The notes beneath the pieces are model-generated. The model saw only the letters and a list, made by a program, of their open reading frames with translations. It did not search any database and was not told the DNA's origin. Below are positions 1 through 10,332 of a DNA stretch of 64,000 nt, piece by piece (position 1 is the stretch's first letter; the number at the start of each line of letters is the position of its first letter). The stretch lies in the NCBI GenBank assembly GCA_963813335.1, contig CAWEYL010000001.1, positions 768,001-832,000 on the forward strand, written 5' to 3'. This DNA comes from an uncultured Chloroflexia bacterium (GTDB lineage Bacteria; Chloroflexota; Limnocylindria; Limnocylindrales; CSP1-4). The translations under genes and the position numbers were made by a program.

Positions 1-341
1 CGATCATGAGCGGCGGCGAGAAGCCGAAGATCCGCTCGATGACCGAGGGCGAGACCCTCGTCCGCCAGGGGGATCCTGGCACCGACGTCTTCCTGATCCT
101 GGACGGGATCTTCGTCGTGGAAGTCGACGGCAACGCGGTCGCCGAGATCGGGCCCGGAGCGGTGGTCGGCGAGCGCGCCAGCCAGCTCGCCGGCAAACGG
201 ACGGCGACGCTGTGGGCTCGCACGAAGGGCCGCGTGGCGAGCGTCCCGCACGAGACGCTGGACCTGCAGGGACCTTGGCCGCCTCGCCGCCACGCGTCAG
301 CACGCGGAGCTGACCTCGGTCCACGGACCGCCGAGGGCTAG
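1..341 (+). CDS. cyclic nucleotide-binding domain protein, 3' part (5' end outside window; probable frameshift near 270)
   Basis: GETLVRQGDPGTDVFLILDG...GPGAVVGE...RTATL matches the cNMP-binding beta-roll pattern. Confidence 0.75.
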   Translation, partial: IMSGGEKPKIRSMTEGETLVRQGDPGTDVFLILDGIFVVEVDGNAVAEIGPGAVVGERASQLAGKRTATLWARTKGRVASVPHETLDLQGPWPPRRHASARGADLGPRTAEG

Positions 342-1063
342 CGCGTGACGCAGATGCCGGGGGGCTCGGGGGTGTCGTGCGCGGCGCCCGCCGGGTACTT
401 GCGCGTCCACGCGTAGAGGTCCGACAGGTCCTTCCCTGTGCCGAGCACGCCGATGTAGGCGTTGCCGCAGGTGACGCGGACGTTGGCGATGCCGTTCTCG
501 TTGCGGAAGCACCCGTTCCGGCTGGGGCTCATGGGCGAGTTCTCCCAGTTGAAGACGCCGGGATCGTCCCAGTTCCCGACACCGTCACCGGGCGCCCAGG
601 CCGCGTCGCCCGGCTTGTCGTGTTCGCAGTCTCCCGTGGCCAGAGGGATGTCGTACGAGGCGAGGCGAGTCATGTAGGCGTACGTGGCCTCGTTCTCCGT
701 CGGGAGCCAGTAGACGCCGACGCTCGCGACGAGCGGGTCGTCGGGGCGGCACTCGATGGCGTCGAGGGTGTTCTCGGGCAGGTCGCTCCGGCGCGGCACG
801 CAGTCGATCGCGGCGTCCGGGCGCAGCAGGGCGACGAGCTTCCGCTCGGCGGCGGTCATCGCCGACGAGGGCCGCGGCGTGGGGGCCGGCGTGACTACCG
901 GAGCGGGCGTCGCGGCGGGGGACGGTGACGGCGTGACCACCGCGGAGGGCGCCGCGGTCGCGACCGGCGTACCCGTCGGGGCGGGGGAGGCCGACGGGCC
1001 CGACGACGTGGCGCAGGCGGCGACGAGCACGAGCACGGCGGGCAGGAACGCGAGACGGCGCAT
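338..1063 (-). CDS. hypothetical lipoprotein with Pro/Thr/Ala linker and Cys-rich C-terminal domain
   Basis: Signal peptide and lipobox MRRLAFLPAVLVLVAAC; low-complexity linker; six further Cys; GAGG SD upstream. Confidence 0.75.
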   Translation of the reverse strand: MRRLAFLPAVLVLVAACATSSGPSASPAPTGTPVATAAPSAVVTPSPSPAATPAPVVTPAPTPRPSSAMTAAERKLVALLRPDAAIDCVPRRSDLPENTLDAIECRPDDPLVASVGVYWLPTENEATYAYMTRLASYDIPLATGDCEHDKPGDAAWAPGDGVGNWDDPGVFNWENSPMSPSRNGCFRNENGIANVRVTCGNAYIGVLGTGKDLSDLYAWTRKYPAGAAHDTPEPPGICVTR

Positions 1064-1277
1064 CGATATGGTGCCTCTGAGGTTGCAGATCGACGAAGGA
1101 TCTGCCGCTCAGGATGCGCGTCCACTGCCACCGAGTCGCGTGACGGGCGTCCTCATCCCGGCATGGACGATCGTCCAGCCTCCGGGCCGGCGCGCCTGCG
1201 AAGGGACGCCCGGTCCCAGGGCGGGTCCGCGATGGCCGCGCTCGCCCCGGACGCCTCAGGGCGGGATCGAGGGATCG

Positions 1278-2774
1278 TCAGACGACGTTGATGGTCCCTT
1301 GAGCGTCCAGAGGACACGGGAGAGACGGATCGAACGTGATGTGGATCGCGCTCGCGACGAAGAACCCGCCGATGTGCTGCGCGGCGATCTCCGGTGGCGT
1401 GCCTGGCTGTGTCAGGTTCACGTCCTGCGCGAAGACGTAGACGCGCCACAGTCCGTGGACGTCGAGGTGATGCTTGAGCAGGAGTCGATACGCCCCCTCC
1501 AGGTCGAGCGAGCCGGCGTAGACGCCGTCGTTCGCGCCAGGATCGAATCCGAGCCCGTCGTCGGTCAGGGGGACCACGAAGTACAGGCTCCCGGGCGAGC
1601 GGAACAGGGCGAACGAATACAGGTCGGAGCCCTTGAACAGGCTGCCCCCCGGCCTGTGGAACTTCGCCCGGACCCAAAGCGGGTCGAATGGGTGGACGGT
1701 CGCCGGCGTCTCGACATCGACGCCGTCCGACTCGTGGATATTGGTCTGGGTCTCGCTGACGGAGTACTCGTACGTCTGACCCGTCGTGAACCGTGTATAG
1801 GTCCAATCCACATCGGCGGTGTAGGGCTTGCCCGCGTTCGGCGCATCGGGGAGCGTCCACTCGGCGATCACCTTCTCGCCGATCGTCAGCTCGGCCGCGG
1901 CCGGTGGGGTCTTCTCCTGGCCGCGCCAGAACGGGTCTGCAGCATCTGAGAGCGCGACGGCCGCAGCGACGGTCGCGATCGCCGACGCGACGCCCGCGAC
2001 CGTGTAGTCGCGTTCGGGGCCAGCGCCGGGATCCGGCGTGCAGCACGAGACGGACGGGTCCGTCTCCTCGAAGGTCCCGCTCGCGCCGAACGACGCCGTG
2101 CCGGCCCCCAGCGCGGCAGCCACGATGGCGACGATGGCGGCGATGATGGCGATGATGATCGCCAGGATCTTCCACCAGGGGTCCGAGAATGGAAGGTCGC
2201 CATGGACCCCGGTGAACGCCGGGTTCGGGGCCCATGCCAGGGTCATCCCGGTCGGCACCCACGGCCCGCCGTCGGGCGGGCAGTCGCACTTGCCGTCACG
2301 ACGACTCCCCCAGGTCGGCTTCTGGAGGATGGCGCTGATGTCGGACGCTGTGAGCGTCCCTTCCTCGACGGTGCAGGTGTAGGAATTGGTCGTGCTGTCG
2401 AAGCGGGTCTGCGACACGAAGATCTGCTGGATGGTGCGCCGCGACTCGAAGCCGTCGGCCTTGGCCACGAAGCTCACGAGACGCTTGCCAGGGGTCGCGT
2501 GTTCGAAGTTCGCGTCCCACATCACCTGGACCGATGCGCCGGCCGGGATCGACGCGAACGAGACGGTCTTGGCGACGGGTGCGATGCCGGGGTCGCCGAC
2601 GCTCTCGAGATAGATGCTGACGTTGCTCAGCGCCGAGGTCGACGTGTTCGTGTAGTGGCAACCGATCCGGAGGTTGTAGAGCGCGTTGTCGAAGATCCCG
2701 TCGGGCAACATGATGTTGGTGACGGGCTCGATGGCGAATGGCCGGGAGAGGACCTGCATCGGAGTGGCGCTCAC
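1278..2774 (-). CDS. hypothetical 498-aa protein: Ig/CARDB-like N-terminus, two central hydrophobic helices, choice-of-anchor-X-like DDG..D..ANDGVY motif
   Basis: Long ORF with host-like codon usage; GTG start overlaps the upstream TGA; GGAG SD; WWKILAIIIAIIAAIVAIVAAALG segment. Confidence 0.75.
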   Translation of the reverse strand: MSATPMQVLSRPFAIEPVTNIMLPDGIFDNALYNLRIGCHYTNTSTSALSNVSIYLESVGDPGIAPVAKTVSFASIPAGASVQVMWDANFEHATPGKRLVSFVAKADGFESRRTIQQIFVSQTRFDSTTNSYTCTVEEGTLTASDISAILQKPTWGSRRDGKCDCPPDGGPWVPTGMTLAWAPNPAFTGVHGDLPFSDPWWKILAIIIAIIAAIVAIVAAALGAGTASFGASGTFEETDPSVSCCTPDPGAGPERDYTVAGVASAIATVAAAVALSDAADPFWRGQEKTPPAAAELTIGEKVIAEWTLPDAPNAGKPYTADVDWTYTRFTTGQTYEYSVSETQTNIHESDGVDVETPATVHPFDPLWVRAKFHRPGGSLFKGSDLYSFALFRSPGSLYFVVPLTDDGLGFDPGANDGVYAGSLDLEGAYRLLLKHHLDVHGLWRVYVFAQDVNLTQPGTPPEIAAQHIGGFFVASAIHITFDPSLPCPLDAQGTINVV

Positions 2775-3628
2775 GACTGCTTCTCCTTCCGCTCCGTCCG
2801 CTTGGCCTTCTGGGCGACGACCACGAACCCAAGCCCGCCGAGGACCCTGTCGCCGTCGCGCTCGACGATCCTGACCAGCTCGTATTCGTTCTCGGGCAGG
2901 CCTTTCGCCCGGACGGCAAGGTGGACGGCCGTCGAGGTTCCGCGAGGCACGGCCAGCTCGAGCCTGTCCTTCCCGATCGGATCCTTCGCTCCGACGCAGC
3001 GAGCCTCGAGGTCGAGGCCGGCCTCGGCGCGAGGTCGCTTGGCCGGCCGCAGCCCGCGAAGGCCCAGGCCGGCCAGGGTCCGGGCATCGAGCTCGCCGCC
3101 GACGTCAGCCGTCAAGGTCACCCGCTTGTCGGCGCGCAGCAGCCCCGACACCGTGAGGATGAGCGACATCGCCTGGCCGCCCGCCACGAGGACGGTGAGG
3201 TTCTTCTGCGCCACCTGTCGGTAGGTCGGTGGGTCGAACGCGTCAGGCAACGGGTTCGGAAGGGGATCGCTGGCGTGGTTGGCGACCGCCACCAGGCACT
3301 CGTGGCCGCCGTTCACCATCACGGGGGTCCATGGGACCAGGCACAGGGCGTCCTGGGCCCCGCCGGCCGGCAAGTCCGCGTAGGCCGATCCGACGAACGT
3401 GGCGTTGCTGCGCGTGACCTGCAAGGCCGGGTTCGCCCAGTAGAAATCGAGCCTCACGCCGTTGGCGTCCGAGCTACCGAGGTTGGCGACGTGGGCCCAG
3501 AGGTACGCCGTCTCGCCGGCGGCCGGACTGCCGGGTGAAGCCGTTGGATCGCTCCCAGGGACCACCCAGATATCCGGACTCAGGTACCAGTCCGGGATGC
3601 CATCGCGGATGAGCAACTGGACGGACAT
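2771..3628 (-). CDS. hypothetical beta-rich (Ig/CARDB-like) protein with SPDIWV...HECL...AQKNL motif set
   Basis: ATG at 3628 with AGGGGG SD; stop overlaps next start; domain assignment is inference. Confidence 0.7.
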   Translation of the reverse strand: MSVQLLIRDGIPDWYLSPDIWVVPGSDPTASPGSPAAGETAYLWAHVANLGSSDANGVRLDFYWANPALQVTRSNATFVGSAYADLPAGGAQDALCLVPWTPVMVNGGHECLVAVANHASDPLPNPLPDAFDPPTYRQVAQKNLTVLVAGGQAMSLILTVSGLLRADKRVTLTADVGGELDARTLAGLGLRGLRPAKRPRAEAGLDLEARCVGAKDPIGKDRLELAVPRGTSTAVHLAVRAKGLPENEYELVRIVERDGDRVLGGLGFVVVAQKAKRTERKEKQS

Positions 3629-3709
3629 GGCCGACCCCCTCTGGCGATCGTCGTGACGACCTGAGGTGGAACGCCCCAAGGCCGAGGCGAGAAGATTGCC
3701 CTCAACGGC

Positions 3710-3747
3710 GTCACCAGCTCGTCACTCGAGAGTCACCCGAGAGTCAC
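3710..3747 (-). promoter_or_regulatory. array of four GTCAC/GTGAC direct repeats with 11-bp period (candidate winged-helix activator site)
   Basis: GTCAC at 3710, 3721, 3732, 3743; weak -10 CAATCT on minus strand at 3698-3693. Confidence 0.6.
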
Positions 3748-3790
3748 GGATGGACGTCAGGTCGCCTCACCGAAGACGACCTGGAACGCC

Positions 3791-3810
3791 GGCACCGCCG
3801 CGGCGGTGCC
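3791..3810 (-). terminator. perfect 20-bp palindrome directly after the LLM gene stop (probable terminator hairpin)
   Basis: GGCACCGCCG/CGGCGGTGCC, 1 nt downstream of the stop at 3812. Confidence 0.55.
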
Positions 3811-3811
3811 C

Positions 3812-4787
3812 TCAGCGGGCGGCGACGGGTCGGACCAGCCGCAGGAGCTCACCCACCCGGGCGATCTGCTCCGGCGTCCGGTAGATCGCGTTGTTGAAGG
3901 TGAACCCGGTGAACCCGGCCTCGATGTACTCGCCGAGGGTGTCGACGACCTGCTCGGGCGTCCCGGCGACGACATACGGCCGCCGCTCCACCGGCATGAG
4001 CTCCAGGAACGCCTTGGCCTCCGCGTCCGAGCCGACCACGACGACCGGCGCCCCGATCGTGCGCTCGATCGTGGCCGGATCCCGGTCGATCTCCTCGCAG
4101 TAGCGGACCAGCAGCTCGTCCTTGTGGCGCAGGGTCGGGAGCCCGAGCGCGAACCAGTGCGTCATGTCGGCGAACCGCGCGGCGATGCGCAGCGTCCGCT
4201 GCTCGCCGCCACCGCCCACGAGGATGGGCGGGCCGCCCGCCTGGATCGGCCGCGGGCTGTTGAGCGCCTCGTGGATGCGGTAGTGCTGGCCGTGGAAGGT
4301 CGGCCGCTCCTCGGTGAACATCAGGGTGGCGATCGTCAGCGCCTCCTCGAGGCGGTCCATCCGCTCCTTCAGCGGCGGGAAGTCGATCCCGTAGCCGATG
4401 TGCTCCTCCTCGTTCCACGCCGCACCGAGCCCGAAGATCGCCCGGCCGCCGGACACGCACGTCCAGCGTGGTGACCTGCTTGGCGAGCATGGCCGGGTTC
4501 CGGTACGTGACGCCGGTCACGAGCGTCCCCAGGCGGACGGTCGAGGTCTCGCGTGCGAGCGCGGAGAGGACCGACCAGCCCTCGAGCATCGGCTCGGCGA
4601 TCGAGCCCACGCCCTGGATCTGGTACAGGTGGTCCATCACCGTGACGAGCTCGAAGCCGGCCGCCTCGGCGGCCTTCGCCTGCTCGACGACACGGTCGAA
4701 GAGGCGCTCCGGCGGGACGTCCGGGTGGCTGTAGCTGGGGAGGTGGAGACCGAACCAGGGGTGGCGCGAGGCCGTCGCAGTCGTCAT
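3812..4787 (-). CDS. LLM-class (luciferase-like, probably F420-dependent) oxidoreductase; frameshift near 4458
   Basis: AEAAGFELVTVMDH, RLGTLVTGVTYRNPAMLAK, then SGGRAIFGLGAAW, PPILVGGGGE in the second frame. Confidence 0.85.
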
Positions 4788-4908
4788 CCGGGAAGGATGC
4801 ACCCATCGCCGGGATGGTGCGGGGAGTCGGGCGCGGGACGACGCCCGCCCGATATGCTCACGGGGCGGCATGGATGGACGGCCGTGCGAGCAGGGGAGGG
4901 ACCCGACG

Positions 4909-6318
4909 ATGGCGCTGGCACCGAGCGTCCTGACCGGCGAGCAGCTGGCGGGGCTCCGTGCGGCGTTCGCCGGCCCGATCATCACCCCGGACGACGGTCA
5001 CTACGACCAGGCGCGCCACCTGTGGAACGACGTCCACGATCGCAGGCCGGCCGTCATCGTCCAGCCGCGGTCGAGCGCGGAGGTCGCGACCGCCATCCGG
5101 TTCGCCCGCGAGCACGACCTCGCCCTGGCCGTCCGGTCCGGTGGCCACAGTCCCTCGGGCCACTCGACCTGCGACGGCGGTCTCGTGGTGGACATGTCGC
5201 AGATGCGCGGCGTGACCGTCGATCCGGCGACGCGCACGGCCAGGGCCAACGGCGGCGCGCTCCTCGGCGAGCTCGACGTCGCCGCGCAGGCGCACGGGCT
5301 CGTCTGCCCCATCGGCGTCATCGGCCATACCGGCGTGGCCGGGCTCACCCTCGGCGGCGGCGTCGGGCGGCTCCAGCGGCACTTCGGGCTGACCATCGAC
5401 AACCTGCGCGCGGTCGAGCTCGTGACCGCCGACGGCCGGTCCGTCCGCACGAGTGAGACCGAGGAGCCCGAGCTGTTCTGGGGCATGCGCGGCGCCGGCT
5501 GGAACTTCGGGATCGCCACGGCGTTCGAGTTCGGGCTGCAGCCCTTCGGCCCGGATCTCCATCGAGGGGCGCTCGTCTATCCCGCCGCGGCCGCCCGCGA
5601 CGTCTGGGCGGTCTTCGAGGACTACGCCGCGAGCGCCCCGGAGGCCGTCTCGATGATCTACTCGCTCGCGCCGGCCGACGAGGAGACCGTCGCCCGCGCG
5701 AACGGCGTGGCGCTCGGCGACCCCATCGTGGTCGTCTCGTTCAACCACAGCGGCCGCGCCGAGGACGTCGAGCGCGATACCGCCGGCCTGCGCCGCGGTC
5801 CGGAGCCGGTCTCGGCGAGCAACGGCAGCGAGCCCTACCTCGAGGTCCAGGCCGCCCACGACCTCGTGCTCGGCTGGGGCCACCGCTCGTTCATCAAGGG
5901 CCTGTACGCCGACGTGTTCCGCCCCGAGGCGCTCGATGCACTTGTCGACCACGTCGCCGACGGTCCGGCCGGGGGTTCGTTCTCGGTCACGGCGCAGGGC
6001 GGCGCGATCGCCCGGGCGGAGGAGGGGTCGGCGGCCTACGCCGGGCGGGCGGCCCGCTTCGACCACAGCGCCGACGTCGCCTGGGAGGACCCCGCCGACG
6101 ACGACGCCAACCGCGCCTGGACCCGCCGCGCGATGTCGTTCGTCGAGGCGGACGCCATCGAAGGACGCTACGCGAACGAGAACGCCGACGACGGCCCGGC
6201 TGAGTCGCGCCTCATCTACGGCGACGCGAAGCTCGCCCGCCTGGCCGCGCTGAAGCGGACCTGGGACCCGGACAACGTCTTCCGACTGAACCACAACGTG
6301 GCGCCCGCGCCGGACTGA
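4909..6318 (+). CDS. FAD-binding oxidoreductase (berberine-bridge-enzyme/VAO family)
   Basis: RSGGHS FAD-attachment motif, TGVAGLTLGGG, C-terminal LKRTWDPDNVFRLNHN. Confidence 0.9.
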   Translation: MALAPSVLTGEQLAGLRAAFAGPIITPDDGHYDQARHLWNDVHDRRPAVIVQPRSSAEVATAIRFAREHDLALAVRSGGHSPSGHSTCDGGLVVDMSQMRGVTVDPATRTARANGGALLGELDVAAQAHGLVCPIGVIGHTGVAGLTLGGGVGRLQRHFGLTIDNLRAVELVTADGRSVRTSETEEPELFWGMRGAGWNFGIATAFEFGLQPFGPDLHRGALVYPAAAARDVWAVFEDYAASAPEAVSMIYSLAPADEETVARANGVALGDPIVVVSFNHSGRAEDVERDTAGLRRGPEPVSASNGSEPYLEVQAAHDLVLGWGHRSFIKGLYADVFRPEALDALVDHVADGPAGGSFSVTAQGGAIARAEEGSAAYAGRAARFDHSADVAWEDPADDDANRAWTRRAMSFVEADAIEGRYANENADDGPAESRLIYGDAKLARLAALKRTWDPDNVFRLNHNVAPAPD

Positions 6319-6360
6319 CCGGGGGTCAGCCCGACGCTGGACGCTGCGACGTCCCCGGGA

Positions 6361-7464
6361 TCAGGGGGCCGGTTCGTACACGAGCGTTCCGCCGTCCTTG
6401 AGCGTGATGGTCAGCCCACCACCGTTCACGATCGCGTAGCTGGCGCTGTTCGTGAGCGCGAGGATGTACAGGTCCGATTTCGACCCCTCGCCGCAGAGGA
6501 CGATGCTCGACGGCCCAGGCACGATCGACAGGCCTCCGGTCGCGGTCGCCGTCCAGGTACCGATCAACACGTTGCAGTCGGCCGTCGCGCTGAAGGTCCC
6601 GGCCGCGGCGAATGAGACCGTGTACTTGAAGCGCTCGGCGGCCGGGACCTCGCCGCCGGCCACGGGCTCGCGCGTGGTGAACGATGCGAGCTGCCAGTTC
6701 GTGTCCACGAGGTCCCCGCCGGCCGGCGGCGTCGGCGTCGGCGTCGGCGTGGGCGCAGGGGTCGGCGTCGGTGCCGGGGTCGGGGTGGGTGTCGGCGCAG
6801 GAGTCGGTGCTGGCGTCGCGGTCGGCTTGGCCGTCGGGCCAGCGCTCGGTGCCTCGGATTCCGGCGGCGTGGGGGACGGGGTCGGGGTCGGCGTCGGGCT
6901 GGGCGTGGGCGACGGACTCGCGGTCGGCGTCGGACTCGGCGTCGGGGACGGAGAAGGCGTCGGACTCGGACTGGCCGTCGGGACCGCCGTCGGGACGACG
7001 GGCGCGGTCGCGGAGTCCACGAACGTGCCCGTCCCGCCTTCGGACGTGGTCAGCGTCAGGTGAGCTCCCGAGACCGCCCACGTCTCCACCGTGCCGAGGG
7101 AATGCGCGAACAGGCTGCCGTATGAGCCCTCCGGGCAGGCCACGAGCGTGCTCGGGCCGGGGGTGATGGTGATGCCATCGGTGCGAGAGGTCGAGTAGGT
7201 GCCACTGACCGCGTTGCAGTCCGCCCGCGCGGCGAAGGTGTCATCGGTCGCGAACGTGATCGTGTAGCGCGGCTGGTCGGCAGCCGGGACGACGCCCTGG
7301 AAGGCGGGCGTCTGCCCGGTGATCGCGGCGAGCTGCCATGTCCGGCCGGTCAGCGACCCGCTCTCCGATCCTCGGTTGACGAACGCAAAGAGCAGCAACC
7401 CGGCGACGATCACGCCGACGACGATGAGTGCGATGGTCGTGGTCTGCGGACGCTCTTCTTCCAT
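6361..7464 (-). CDS. membrane-anchored protein with two META/HslJ-like domains joined by a Pro-Thr linker
   Basis: N-terminal TM helix; two repeats WQLA...F.A.ADCN...GPS....C.EGS; (PT)n linker. Confidence 0.8.
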   Translation of the reverse strand: MEEERPQTTTIALIVVGVIVAGLLLFAFVNRGSESGSLTGRTWQLAAITGQTPAFQGVVPAADQPRYTITFATDDTFAARADCNAVSGTYSTSRTDGITITPGPSTLVACPEGSYGSLFAHSLGTVETWAVSGAHLTLTTSEGGTGTFVDSATAPVVPTAVPTASPSPTPSPSPTPSPTPTASPSPTPSPTPTPTPSPTPPESEAPSAGPTAKPTATPAPTPAPTPTPTPAPTPTPAPTPTPTPTPPAGGDLVDTNWQLASFTTREPVAGGEVPAAERFKYTVSFAAAGTFSATADCNVLIGTWTATATGGLSIVPGPSSIVLCGEGSKSDLYILALTNSASYAIVNGGGLTITLKDGGTLVYEPAP

Positions 7465-7554
7465 GGGATCCCCCTGACGATCGGGAACCGCCAAGACGGG
7501 ACGGGCGGCAGGCCCAAGATGCTAACGGAACTGCCGGTCGCGTACCCTGTGGCC

Positions 7555-7908
7555 ATGTCGCAGGTGATCGATTACATCGAGTTCGCGGTCGACGACCTGG
7601 AGCAGTCGAAGGCCTTCTACGCGACGGCGCTCGGCTGGACGTTCAACGACTACGGCCCTGACTACGCGGGCGTCAAGGACCCGCGGACCGGCGGGGAGTT
7701 CGCCGGGCTCAACCCACAGCCCGTCGCCTCGCGCGGCGAAGGGGTGCTGGCGCTGATCCGCACCGACGATGCCGACGCGGCCCTGGTCAGCGTGCTGGAG
7801 GCGGGTGGCCGGGTCCACGTGGCGATGCACGACTATCCGGGTGGCCGTCGCTTCATGTTCGCGGATCCCTCCGGGAACGTCCTCGGCGTCTACGAGCCCG
7901 CCGAGTAG
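7555..7908 (+). CDS. VOC/glyoxalase family protein
   Basis: IDYIEFAVDDLEQSKAFY...GRRFMFADPSGNVLGV. Confidence 0.9.
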   Translation: MSQVIDYIEFAVDDLEQSKAFYATALGWTFNDYGPDYAGVKDPRTGGEFAGLNPQPVASRGEGVLALIRTDDADAALVSVLEAGGRVHVAMHDYPGGRRFMFADPSGNVLGVYEPAE

Positions 7909-8052
7909 CGGCGCGTAACGTCTGAGGGGCGCTCCGCGTCCCAGTCTCGCCGGCCGAGACGACCGCGGCGTGACAAATTCGCGTGCACCAGCGAAGATGT
8001 CGCGGCCGCCGGGGACGAGGCCCGGCGCCGGCCGACCGCACATGAGCATCTG

Positions 8053-10160
8053 ATGACCGACTTGCCCAACAACGAAGCCGACCAGGCTGCCAACGCCTCA
8101 ACACCCGACGACGAGACGCCCGCCGGCGTCGCCACGCCCGACGACGAGACGCCCGCCGGCGTGCCGCGCCCGCCGGCGACCCTGAGCTCGCGGCGCTCGT
8201 GGGGGGCGATGGGGCGCCTGCCGATGACGAGACGACCCAGGCCGCCCCGGATGATGCCACCGCGGATGATGCGACCACCGCCGACGTCGATGCCGTGCCG
8301 GTCCTGCCCGTCGCGGCCGCCGTGACCGACGGCGAGCCCCCGGCACGGCCTCGGCGCCGACGGTCGCTCGTCCTCCGCTTCGGCGTCTCGTTCGTCCTGG
8401 GCTTCCTGCTCGCCGTCGGCATCGGCACCGGCGTCCTGTACGCGTGGGGCCAGCAGTACGACGGCCGGGTCCTGCCCGGCGTCCGCGTCGGCAGCACGGA
8501 ACTCGGCGGGCTCACCCGCGAGCAGGCGGAGGCGGAGATCGCGAACGCCTATGGGTCGCTCGGCACCGGGCAGATCACGCTCACCGGCCCGGACGGCCAG
8601 ACGACGACCATCAGCTACGCCGACGTCGGCCGCGGCCCCGACACCTCGGCGCTGCTCGACGCGGCACTCGCGGCAGGCCGCCAGGGCGAGCCCCTCGCGA
8701 ACCTCATCGGCGCACCCCAGGCCGCGATCCACGGCGTGACCCTCGACTCCGCCGTCGCCTACGACCGCGACAAGCTGGCGGCCGCCGTCGAGACCCTCGC
8801 CACGACGATCGACCAGACCCCCGCGGACGCCTCCGTGTCGGCCGGCCAGGGCGGGACGTTCAGCGTCTCCCCGGCGAAGGACGGTCGCGCCGTGGACAAG
8901 GCGGCCCTGCTGACCGCGCTCGACCAGCAGCTCGCGGCGCTCGACACGCCGGCGTCGATCACGATGGCCGTGCCGGTCGTGTCGTTGGCACCCGCCGTCG
9001 CCACCGCCTCGGCCGAGGCGGCGAAGGCGGCCGCGGATCGAATGGCCGCCGACGTGGTCGTCGCCCGGGGCGAGGACAGCTGGACGATCGCCGGCACGAG
9101 CCTCGCGCCGCTGATCTCGTTCTCGACCGCGGCCGACGGGAGCATCACCCCGGTCTTCGACGAGTCGGGCCTCGACCCGATCCTCAAGACGCTGGCCAAG
9201 AATGTCAACCAGACCGCGCGGGACGCGGGCCTCAAGCTGGTCGGCGGACACGTCGTCGCCACCGGCACCAGCCGCGAGGGCCGAACGCTCAACGCTGACG
9301 GCATGAAGGCCGCGATCATCAGCGAGATCGGGGCCCGCCAGGCGGGCGCGGCGGCATCGCCGGTCGAGGCCGTCGTCAAGGCCGTCGACCCGAAGCTGAC
9401 CATCGGCCGACGCCAAGGCGTTCGCCGCCAAGATGCGGCCCATCAGCTCGTACAGCGTCTTCTACTGGGTCATCGTCAACAACCACTGGGGCGGGAACAT
9501 CGAGGCGCCGGCCACGAAGATCAACGGCACGGTCGTGCCGGCAGGCGCGACGTTCGACTTCTGGAAGGTCGTCGGCGACCTGCGCAAGCTCCCGGGCACG
9601 GGCCCCGGCAACGCGATCGAGGGCGGGAAGATCACCGTCACCGGCGCGTTCGGCGGCGGCATCTGCACCACGTCCACGACGCTGTTCAACGCGGCGTTCC
9701 GGGCCGGCATGGTGCCGCTCGCCAAGCAGAACCACAACGAGTTCATCACCCGGTATCCGCCGGGCCTCGATGCCACCGTGTGGATCGTCGGCAACACCAA
9801 GCAGACCATGAGCTTCAAGAACGACACCAAGTACCCGATCCTGATCACGCGGACCGTCACCCAGGCCGGCAGCAAGCGATGGCTCACGTTCAAGATCTGG
9901 AGCGTGCCGAACGGCCGGACCGCCAAGGTCAGCAACCTGGTCATCCAGCACGGCCCGACGCGCGATCCACACGGATCGTGAAGGATCCGACCAAGCCCGT
10001 GGGGTACCGGTTCTTCAACAACGCCCCGGCGGACGGCGCCAAGGTGTGGGTCACCGTGTCGATCTACGACCACGGCAAGCTCCACTGGACGAAGCGGTAC
10101 TTCTCGAACTACCCAGCGGTCGACGGCGTCACCGTGGTGGGAACCAAGAAGACGACCTGA
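8053..10160 (+). CDS. VanW/YoaR-like protein (TM anchor, PG-binding-4-like repeats, VanW domain); frameshifts near 8190, 9405 and 9960
   Basis: GRVLPGVRVGSTELGGLTREQA; INGTVVPAGATFDF, GGGICTTSTTLFNAA, YPPGLDATV, FKNDT in successive frames. Confidence 0.8.
8104..8162 (+). repeat. 26-bp direct repeat, 33-bp period, encoding (TPDDETPAGV)x2
   Basis: CCCGACGACGAGACGCCCGCCGGCGT at 8104 and 8137. Confidence 0.85.
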
Positions 10161-10332
10161 CGCCCGTCTGGCTGGCGCTGGGGGAGGGGGATCAGCGCGA
10201 CAGATCGGGGTGATCGCCCCTTTCGTCGAGCGGGCGTCGTCGATAGCGTCCGGCGCATGGACCGTCAGGGCGTCGTGCCACCTCGGACACAGACCTTCCT
10301 CCTCGAGACGGTACCTGGCCAGGGGAGATCCC

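Noticed and set aside
6720-7000. Short tandem GTCGG-type repeats resembling a repeat array
   Set aside because: They encode the Pro-Thr linker of the META protein; no repeat-spacer structure, so not CRISPR
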